Part shown: positions 11,464 through 20,000 of the stretch, piece after piece
Position numbering within the stretch: position 1 is the first letter of the stretch
Layout: the number at the start of each line of letters is the position of its first letter
Source: Perkinsus olseni
Lineage: Eukaryota
DNA length: 20,000 nucleotides
Reading direction: 5' to 3'
NCBI GenBank assembly: GCA_013115125.1
Contig: JABANN010000016.1
Coordinates: 117,444 to 137,443, forward strand
Made by a program: the position numbers and the translations under genes
The notes under the pieces: generated by a model
Database searches by the model: none
Seen by the model: only the letters and a program-made list of their open reading frames with translations
What the model was told of the DNA's origin: nothing

Positions 11464-12645
11464 TCACGAATGGCCACCGTAAAAGATGTACTCCTGATAA
11501 GAATCTTCGCACCCGTAAGAATTCTCGTCAACCGTTTCATAGCATTCCTGAGGTAGTTCCGCGTAGTTCAGGCCTTCGACATCGGTGTGGTATTGATAGC
11601 CATCAAAGCTACCTTCAGTAGGCGGTAGGCAGGTAGACCCATAGAAGCTCGATGGCGTCTGCGGGTTGTAACCGTACGCGGCCGTTCGCTCGGACTCCTG
11701 CTCAGAGCAGCTTGTTGAAGAGGTGACGCTGTACTTGCCGACGACGCACAGCCCGCCAGGGGTCCGCCACATGACGTCATCAGACAGAACAACACGGTTA
11801 TCGCGCGTTATGGTCTCCATGGTCTGGACTGCGGCGTTCTTGCAGGCCTGCACAGGACGAACATGGCCAGAGCGCAGTAGCTGCCGTCCGCACCTTCTGA
11901 GCCCTCAGCCTGCCCTCGACCCTCTGCCTCTCATTGAGCTCGAGTTTGGCTCGAAGCAGCTCACTTCGCAAGGCGTTCTCTTCCTCCGTTGGGAGATCGT
12001 CGCACTGAGTGGCGATAGTGACTCGCGGATGGGAGGAGACCTGAGCCCGATGTACTTCACTGATTCTCTCATATACACCAATGATGATTTATCCTGTCTT
12101 GATATTCATGTTTATTAAATTCATTTCCATTACAATATTCATACCATAATATCACCAACACTACAACAAGACCCATCAATACGCTGAATATCAACCAGGG
12201 AGCATCGTGAACGCCATCGAGCCCTGAGAGGTCGTCCTCACGCTGCGGCCAGCAGGCTTGCGATCCCCTCCTTCACGGAAGCCAAGGGAGTTGACACATT
12301 TCCGCAGCTCGTCGCATTCGTCCCTCAAGTCCCGAATATCTCCCCGCTGTGCCTGAGAAGGCTGAGTGGGGACTCCCTCTCCCTGAAGAAGCTGAGCGAC
12401 AGCTGCTATGTGAGAGCTCGCACCCACTGTAGTCCCGGTCCTCCTACCATAATCTCGTCAACTAACCACTGATTGGTCCGCAGCAGCACGTCGAGTTTAC
12501 TGTGCACTTCTCCGAGTTCCATGGTAGGGGCCGGGGCTGGGGGCCACGGCGGCGGCGGAGGCGGCGGCCGCTGGTCAGCACTGGAGACTACGCTAGGGTT
12601 AGGCTCCGACTCCGGGTCGTTCTGGTCGGCTCCTTCACAATACAT
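11464..12645 (-). CDS. Hypothetical coiled-coil protein (Pro-rich N-terminus, acidic Tyr-rich C-terminus), multi-exon
   Basis: Segments MYCEGADQ...PPPPPPW...LDVLLRTNQWLVDEIM | AQRGDIRDLRDECDELRK | ...EEENALRSELLRAKLELNERQRVEGRLRAQK | ACKNAAVQT...YQEYIFYGGHS* can be joined by GT-AG introns. Heptad-like stretches are present. Exact junctions are uncertain. Confidence 0.55.
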
Positions 12646-13014
12646 CAACAAGCAAAGAACGATTAAGTCAACCTAGGAGCCATCACAATCGCCACAGTCA
12701 GCGGGCGTATGATGTGCTATCATCTACTCGTCGCTATACACTTCGCAGCAAATTTTTAAAGAAAACACACCTCTTTTGGTTTTGTAAGGAAATCTGTATT
12801 TTGCAATCAGAGAAATGCCCAGTGTAGTTCAAGCGCTTCGTGCCTCTACTAGTGGAGGAATGCACGCCCTAAGAAAAGCTTTGCGACACACCATCCGACC
12901 CCACAGTGGGTACCGCTATAAAGAATCCCTAACTGAGACTATCGGCAAGAGTGACTCTCGAACAGTCTAAGTAACTTTTTCGTTCGAGTGTATCCCTAAG
13001 GAAAGTATGTCAAC

Positions 13015-13043
13015 AAGCGTCCGATGGGCCATCAGTGATGGCA
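13015..13043 (-). repeat. Dispersed 29-nt palindrome-containing repeat, copy 2 (apparently intergenic)
   Basis: The minus strand reads TGCCATCACTGATGGCCCATCGGACGCTT, and its first 21 nt are identical to copy 1. Confidence 0.8.
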
Positions 13044-13350
13044 CTTATCGAGCGCTGCAGAGAGATCTCAACCGGAAACAGCGGTGCGAGTCTAGGTAAG
13101 CCGGCGCTGGACTGTAAGCTCACACACTGCCAGCGGAGCGGCTGAGAAGGGTATCCTCTGGCCCACCCGCACAGGACCATCCGCGTCAGCTGACAGGCAG
13201 GCCATACTTCCCTATTACGACTAACGCAAGCAGGAGACAATAGAAAAGACCGTTCACCCGGCCAGTCATAATGAGAAGTCCTTAACAGTCAACGCCCTGA
13301 TGGCACGTGGATGATTTCACCAGCGAAGTCTTCGTGTCTTCACGAGTAAT

Positions 13351-14405
13351 TCACTCCGAGATCAGACTTTCCTCACTACCCTGCTTCGCCAAGGCACGCG
13401 TCGTGGCGGCAGAGGCGACGCTCCCCTTGAGCTCAGCATGGCGGAGTTCCTTCATCAGCAGCTTCATCCGGTGTCTATTCCCAATCTCAGCGTCCAAGTC
13501 TCTGGTCCGTCGGAGCTGGCCCTCACCCGCGGAAGCGCTCTGCGACTCGGAACTCGAGCTCCGGTTGATTGACTGGAAGTTGACGTGCTGAGTGATGACC
13601 ACCCACGGTCTGAAGAGGCTACGGGTAAGGTCGCTCGAAGCACGCAGGGAGGGAGGGAGGCTGTTACGTGTCCTTGGAAGCAGCTTTGGCCCAGGTTTGC
13701 TGTTTTCGGGCCTCTAACTTATCCACCTCGGCAAGGTTGGCCTTCTTGTTCTCTTCAATGCGAGATCGGCGTTCGTCGTAGAAGGACCTTCAGAATCGAT
13801 TCTGATACCACATTTTACGTGTAAAAATGAATTCCAGATTCCATTCTGAGCTTAAGCTTTACTTAATCGAACGGAGGGTTAGTCGAAGGCAACACTGAAA
13901 CCAACCTCTTCCGTCATGAGCAATGATGCCAAAGATTCTCCAAGATTCATCCAACCCTACTTGAGTGCATTCTGAGCCTCCCTCCTCGTCGCTTCCTTCG
14001 CCGCCTCCTCCCCCTGTACCATGGTCGTGCAATCCTCGAGCGTCAAAGTCGAAGCCCTTTCCTGCCATTGACCGACTGAGGGGCCCACATGCTCACCAAC
14101 GCTCACAGTCCTGTATTGTTTGGGCTCTTGCTCTGCAGCACAGTGGGCGCTCTGTGGGCGATCGTTCTCGAGGACCGACTCGCTGCTGGTACTGAGTGGT
14201 ACGTCCTGTAAGGCAGACTGTATCGGGCGTTCGCTGAGCGACGTGCTACGTGCGGCTGGTCACTAAGAAGGGAGAAGTCGGGTTGCTGCTGCTGCTTTTG
14301 TGGGACTTCCAGTGACTCCCCTATGTCTTGTCGTTCGATGGGGGACTCGCTGCTGCTGCCAGGACTGTCGAAGTCAGGGAGGGAGTCGCTACTGGACGAG
14401 AGCAT
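13351..14405 (-). CDS. Divergent clathrin light chain-like protein, multi-exon
   Basis: The spliced product has an acidic/Ser N-terminus (MLSSSSDSLPDFDSP) and EQEPKQYRT|ERASTL...EEAAKEATRREAQNALK|SFYDERRSRIEENKKANLAEVDKL. It continues ...PWVVITQHVNF...RHRMKLLMKELRH. This matches the CLC pattern (A..EL..FY......E.NK..N, then W..I..LVDF, then SRMR.LL..LK). The central exons (about 14045-13961 and 13787-13669) are not in the ORF track in this frame. Confidence 0.65.
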
Positions 14406-14500
14406 GCTGAGTTCAGTAACACTGGAAACGGCAATGCACCGCCTGTGTAGGAGACTGCCCAATCAGCTGCCCTCCTCAACTGCCAACCCAACGGTAAGTG

Positions 14501-14947
14501 CTAGGCTATAAGAAAGCATGCGGTGACCGTGGTGGTCGAGATGGGCGCGTCTGATGGAGAGATACTCACGCGGGCTAATACCAGTATAGACACTTCCCAC
14601 TCACCCTGCCATTTCTGACTTGGACTATGACGAAGCCGTCGCACAACACGTCCGTAGAAACCGTGTATACACGTACTTTACTCACGGTCAGGGGAACAAG
14701 GGGCGCAGGCGTAGAAGGCCTAGAATAGCGGGTCCTCAAAGTCATTGCACCTCTGCCCCTCTTCGAACCATCCGACCCCGTTACTAGCACTGTGATCAGT
14801 GGCAAGCCTGCTGGCGGCTTAGGCCCTCCCTTCCCTACTCAGCCGAGTGTAATATCTCCTCTCGCCGAAGTAGTTTGATCGTCGGCGTTCGGTATCAAAA
14901 ATGGTGTGCTTCGCTCCGCTGTGCTCGGGACGAGACACTCCCACCAT
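14501..14947 (-). CDS. Possible small hypothetical protein (about 86 aa) assembled from micro-exons
   Basis: The model starts at ATG 14947 and uses three strong GTGAGT donors (near 14685, 14604 and 14569), each with a downstream TAG acceptor. Joining gives an open frame ending ...PLVPLT|SKSEMAG|P|P* with TAG at 14503-14501. I recognise no homology, and it could be UTR. Confidence 0.3.
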
Positions 14948-15156
14948 GATGATGATATACATAAATAAGCACATCTCTCCCTGCGCACTTAGAACAACGA
15001 AAAATACGAGGTCAATTCTCGTTATAATCTTGCAATCTTGCACACACTCGAGATTCCTCAACGGAAGGTGGCGCTTACGTAGATAGTAACTCTAGCCCTT
15101 CTTCACTCCCATTTTTGATAGTTGCGGAACAGCATAGTTTTACTGCTTTGACATCA

Positions 15157-16224
15157 ATGGCATCATCAGCGTCGATGACTGGCGGAGGGCCGATGTCGCC
15201 CGGGCAGAACTTTTTGGGTTGTAGCATATCCGTGAAGACAACAAACGGGGACACGTTCCAGGGAGAACTATTCTGGTATGGCTATTTTGTCATTCGCCAG
15301 CATCAACCTAAGATACTCGTATTCAGCTACGATATATCTGATTCCAACTCGATCGTCCTTCGAGAGCTCTCTGGGAAGGGTAAATGCACTTACCACTGGA
15401 TAAAGACAAGTACTACTCACCGGAGGCCCACTCGTCATAGCCACGAGTCGACCTAAGATTCGCCGAGAACATCGCTGCCATCATCACAGATACTATCCGT
15501 GACATTAAAGCACTGAAGCCCCCAGCCGCGACCGAGGCTCCCCTACCACACATCGACCTAAAGGCGGTAATACTGGGCGTGGGGGAGGAGGAGATGATCG
15601 TACCTGGACCTCTTTTGTTGATCAGCTTCAAGCGCAGATGACTGATGCTGAGCACAACTTCCAGGATACACGGGAACGTTATGGGGTTGGTGTAACGCAG
15701 CTGGCTCAGGTAATAACAAAAGTGGAAGTGGTAGTGGTCGGCTGGTTGATGAGGGAACGCTTACACCGCTCTATAGCGCTTTACCTGTAGATCGCTCCGC
15801 CGCGAGGGTGCTGCTTTTCTCATTATTTCCTGTGAAGTTCTCTAGGGTATCGGCAATTGATGGTGGCTGCTGACTGGCCCTTGTAGTGGTGGAGGTCTGC
15901 TTTTGTTGTTGTGGTTCAGAATGTCTTCGACGCTATGTCGAAGACGATGCCCTGTCGATGGGACGGTCAGGATATACTATGCTACACTGTTCGTATCAAG
16001 AGCCCTTACCAAGCGGCCAACTGCTCAGGTAGAGTATCTCAGGTTGACTCTGGCATTTCATAGAAAACATGTATTCAGGACCGAATAGCAGCGAGCTTGA
16101 CCGAGTTAAGAAGGTCCTCGACCTTGAGCGATTCAAGATGGAGAAGGACAATAAAAGACACAGTACTGGAGGGAACTCATTCAGTAATTATCGCTATCAC
16201 GCTTACCGGGGTATCTTAGGTTGA
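15157..16224 (+). CDS. LSM12: LSM12-like protein (Lsm domain plus C-terminal anticodon-binding/AD domain), multi-exon
   Basis: The spliced product reads LGCSISVKTTNGDTFQGELFC|YDISDSNSIVLRE...WIKT|NTIRDIK...LPHIDLKA|...RYGVGVTQLAQ|NVFDAMSKTMPCRWDGQDI...VRIKSPY...|ELDRVKKVL. GVT..AQ..FD.MSKT.PC.W....I and RVKKVL are hallmark AD-domain motifs. Stop TGA at 16222-16224. Confidence 0.88.
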
Positions 16225-16531
16225 CTCATGCCGAGAACGAGATGTTGTTCAAATAACGAATTTGTGGTTGAGATGATGATTATGAAGTGCTATCCTTGTC
16301 GGTGATGGCCAACATCATCAGCTGTGAGTTCTACTGCAGGCGGGGGGCTGCGGCTGCCTTATTCAGTAACAACCAATGGTGCTGCCGCCCGCCACTGTCG
16401 TCTATCTGCGAAGTTATTTCCACTAAAAGTACTTATCGGGTTGGGAGTTGCTTAGATAATGCAGTCTGGGCCAGGGATTGAACCGGGCATCTGGTGGTTG
16501 ACAGGGTGGTGTTTTTCCCTGTTACGCTAAG

Positions 16532-19500
16532 ATGATTAATCAGCCGGTGGGCCAGAAAAGGCTCACGAATATCGCCATTGTGTCGATGAAGAAGAAGTGC
16601 AAAAAGAAGGAGTACAAGTAGTTCTGGGCGACCAACTTCCTTGAGGCTCCTTTCACCCTCTCCTCTGTTGCCATTCCGACCATATCGTTGCTTTAGCGTC
16701 GTTGCTTTGGCGTCGGTCATGGCTCAACCTTGATCGTGTCTCTGGACGGCTGGACCTGCATTTTCGACATTTTCGCTCTGGGAAGACCCCGCGTGCCTAG
16801 GTTCGAAATAGCATGTTATCCCAACAAAGTGGTGAACTCACGACAAGGCATCGAGACCGATCTTGATGAGGTCGGTGGGGTTGGGTATAATTTCGTGGCG
16901 CGTGACTCTTGCTCGTAGGTGTTACAATCGGAAGCAGTGTATACTAATGTGTCTCGGGGCGATCGGGCTTTGGCTAAGGATCTCAAGGCTTGCTTTGGCA
17001 CCGCAGATCAGAAGGAAATCTGTAAGGAGATACTCATGCATGGCACGCTGCAAGTAGGAAACTCGGAGCAATTTCGTGGCGCGCGGGAAAGCGACTGTCG
17101 CATGGTGTTGCTGTGGCTTTTCGCAGGATTGTTGAGTTGTCGTATGTTGGGATTGAACCTGGGTGTCCTCTCGCCCGAGCATTCCTTTGCTGTGATCAGA
17201 TCACTGGCACTGAGAGAGAGTTCTTCTACGAGTCACGTACAAACGAGGTCGTCACACAGTTGGCTGAGATGTGCATCGACTCGAGGACGGGGTACCCTCT
17301 CACCAAGGATCAGATATCCTCGGCGCTCCAGGAGATCAACTTCCAGGTAATGGGCGTGGCTGTTGGGAGCTTAGTACTGTTCCCGGGTGGTGATGGAGGG
17401 CATAAGAGCGGGGTATCTTAGGTCGATCATGGCGAAAGATGTGTACTTTGCCGTGACGTGCTCCTGCTGTTTGTTATCCCTACGTACCATAACATTCATA
17501 ACGTATAAAAGTGCTGTAATAACACCACAGTACTGCATGTATATTATCGCTTATTCGGTCGTGTACTAGATTCGGGTGCAGATGAGGAGATGGGTAAGGC
17601 TAGTACTAGTAGATATTACATACCTTTAAAACTGTGAAGTTCCTCCCGCGATACGAAAAAGACATTTCACATCGAGATTTTCGAGTTTTTCGGTTCGTGA
17701 AAAACGCAACTTCAGGTGTTACGGGTGAAACTCCAATATTTTATTTTAAACGACATATCTACACCTTCGTCGTAATATAACCAGAAGCGTTGTGAAGTTA
17801 GAAGAGGAGGGATCTATTGACTGTGGACTAAGTCTGTGTATCATTGCGATTGGCTCAGGTCCGAGTGGGAGCACAGACGATGACAGCGCTGAACAAGGGC
17901 AAGAAGGAGGTTAATGAGGCCAAAGTACAGGCTAGGGAAGCAATGAAGGCCCTGGAGGAGAAGATGCCTGAGTAGTACCAACGCACTCTCAAGGTTTTGC
18001 GCATGCGTGCAGATAGCGTATCTTTGAGATTGTTTTGTCTTAGTCGGATAGTGCGAGCTTCGATGAGAGTACGTATTGTCCATCCCGGTGATGACGATAA
18101 GTTTGACCATTTCCTGGCGGAAGTGAAGAAGATCCTCAACTCGGAGGGAGAGACCTCACCCGTCTTTGCCAAGGTCGACTCGGTCTGCCAAGATGCTGAT
18201 CGTCATATCCTGCAGGTCACCTGTCACCCCAGGTAGTAACGTGGCGATTCTCGTCACCATGGAGGGGGATCATTGCTCGTCTCTTTGGGTCTTTTGATCA
18301 TTGCTCATTGGGGGACCATGGTTCGTAGCAGTGCGAATGCATAGCGGCAGCTGCTCGAGGTCATCGTCAATCAGCGAACGGCCTGTGCAAGTAGGAGACA
18401 GTTGATTGAGTCTGTCTGGCCGTGTGGGCCCCACCGGCGCCATAGTGACCGGAACTGTGGCTGACTAGGATTGTTGTTGTCGGAGTGGTTGTCAGTTGTT
18501 ATTGCCAGGGTTGTCCAGTCTCCCCCGCGAACCCGTGCGTGACGATACTGATCTGTCGTATAGGGTTTCCTATTACTGACAATATGAGAATTACTATTTG
18601 TCATCTTCAGTATTATTTTTTCTTCATACCACCTTATTAGCTACTCATAGCCCCTACGTCAGCTTAGCCCTAGTCAAGCGTTTCGTGTACTTGTGCTCTC
18701 CTCAGTCTGTATCGGCCCATCGACCAGCTATGCAGGAAGGAGTACCCCAAGGGCAGCAAGAGTGCTGTAACTACACAAATAGTGTCCAGTAGAGTGACGG
18801 GGCCCGAGGCTGCACTGCGTCCCGTGGCATCCAGAAGGGTGAGATGTCGTTGGGATTCCGAGTTCCCAACTTGGGAACTCGACCACGATGAATATACTAC
18901 GGAAATGTCTCCCTAACTTTCCCTTTGTTCGCGATGGCCAATCTGGTATCATTCATATTAGTTCACTGATTTTTACCAGATTCTTAGTGGTATTTTCGAT
19001 TTCATATTTTTCGATATTTTATTTTTTTTTCGCGCAGTTGTTATTATTGATTGTTGATCATTATTCAGGGTGCCGCGGCTTCTAATCCGCGATCGTCGTC
19101 CCCGGAATCATCAGTCGGCTCTAGCGCAGCCCCGACGGTTGCACGGAAAGGTCCCCAGTGTCGAACTTGTAACGTTCAACAATTCGATTCAACCAGAGAG
19201 TTTAGGGAGCATGTTAAGTCAGAATGGCATCTTATTAATATGAAGAGAGAAGTAAGTGGGGAGGACGCCTCCTCATTACCATCGAGGGAACACAGCTTTT
19301 CCCAGTGGCCGGCCTCGAGCCCTCCATCATTTGTCGATCAACGTGTCAGAGTTGCTTAGTATTAGTGAAAGTGTGACTGTTAGTAGTATAAGTGGTGCTA
19401 GGCGTGAAAGTATCAGTCTGGTTTGGTCCGGGAGGACGGTGCCTCCTGTATGCACAGTTTATGGCCGTATAGCTCCTGTGTCCACGGCGGAAGACACTCA

Positions 19501-19757
19501 ATTGCGCTATCACATCAATTAAGCATCAGTAGTAGCAGCAGTATATCGCTGTAGTGGATCGTAGAGGGCGGTGTGCCTCTCTTATTTTTGTGTGCATCGC
19601 TGCTGCTGCTGCCGACTAGCATCGCCAGCCGCGGCCCTCACGAGTTGAGTCTATTCGTCTCTCTTTTCAGTTGAAGCATCTGCCCCCGTTGGACCACCTC
19701 GAGTTTGAGATGCTACCGCCGGAGGTCCGAGAGAACTTCAAGGCTGTCGATAGTTAA
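16532..19757 (+). CDS. SBDS: Ribosome maturation protein SBDS/Sdo1 with a C-terminal C2H2 zinc finger, multi-exon
   Basis: The product reads MINQPVGQKRLTNIAIV...|FEIACYPNKV...DLDE|VLQSEAVYTNVSRG..AKDLKACFGT...EILMHGTLQ|...|IVRASMRVRI...HP|SLYRPIDQLCR...|CRTCNVQQFDSTREFREHVKSEWHLINMKRE|LKHLPPL...*. Approximate exons are 16532-16617, 16801-16869, 16919-17053, 17200-17346, 17859-17971, 18045-18232, 18706-18838, 19069-19251 and 19671-19757. Confidence 0.94.
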
Positions 19758-19834
19758 AAGCAGTCATTATCTTCGCTTGTGCATTTCCAGCTCTGTTAAT
19801 CATATCATTGGTTCGCGTTGCTAGTAAATACTCC

Positions 19835-19890
19835 CGCTGTCGGGTACATGCAGCGAGGTCCCGGGTTCGATCCCCGGTCTCGGCATTTTT
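19835..19890 (+). pseudogene. tRNA 3'-half fragment (variable loop, T-arm, acceptor 3' strand, discriminator, oligo-T); no 5' half
   Basis: The sequence is AGGTC-CCGGG-TTCGATC-CCCGG-TCTCGGC-A-TTTTT at 19856-19890, with a perfect T stem, a canonical T loop/B-box and a Pol III-type T run. It resembles the 3' end of eukaryotic tRNA-Phe. Upstream CGCTG/CAGCG could pair, but around an 11-nt loop. There is no GCCGAGA acceptor strand or D-arm at the expected place. Confidence 0.7.
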
Positions 19891-19913
19891 CTGCATTTTT
19901 CTGCATTTTTTCT
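19883..19913 (+). repeat. Short tandem repeat (GCATTTTTCT) x about 3
   Basis: gcatttttct gcatttttct gcattttttct, beginning inside the last bases of the tRNA fragment. Confidence 0.85.
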
Positions 19914-20000
19914 GGAATCGTGATGAATGTTATGGAAAGATGCTGAAGTGCGCAAGATCTGATGATAGCTGTTGTCTTCCTATCGATCGCACGATCTGTT

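Noticed and set aside
18340..18390. QLLEVIVNQ segment resembling the SBDS C-terminal strand (apparent exon scrambling)
   Set aside because: The exon at 18706-18838 supplies this region in the correct order and phase, so the segment is most likely intronic.
19463..19490. GCCGTATAGCTC as the missing tRNA 5' half
   Set aside because: It pairs only partly with TCTCGGC, has no D-loop GG, and lies in an SBDS intron.
1..20000. Spliced-leader gene or relic (CCGTAGCCATYTTGGCTCAAG) and CRISPR-like arrays
   Set aside because: I saw only short GGCTCA matches and no regularly spaced repeats.

Overview
This is gene-dense eukaryotic DNA with many GT-AG introns (often 30-60 nt, plus some AT-rich ones of 150-500 nt). 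The style suggests an alveolate such as Perkinsus, which is my inference and not a database result. I spliced the genes by hand, so the raw ORF track mostly shows exon fragments or shadow ORFs. On the + strand lie the 3' end of an AAGAB/p34-like gene, Rab geranylgeranyltransferase alpha, pantoate-beta-alanine ligase (PanC) and a small Pro-rich membrane protein. On the - strand lie LisH/armadillo ARMC9, a coiled-coil hypothetical, a divergent clathrin light chain-like gene and a possible micro-exon gene. Back on the + strand lie LSM12 and SBDS with a C-terminal C2H2 finger, followed by an orphan tRNA 3' half. I see no CRISPR array, intact mobile element or clearly novel multi-gene system. The best leads are the orphan tRNA half with an adjacent C/D-box-like segment, a 29-nt palindromic motif present twice, the hidden clathrin light chain, and very tight same-strand gene spacing.
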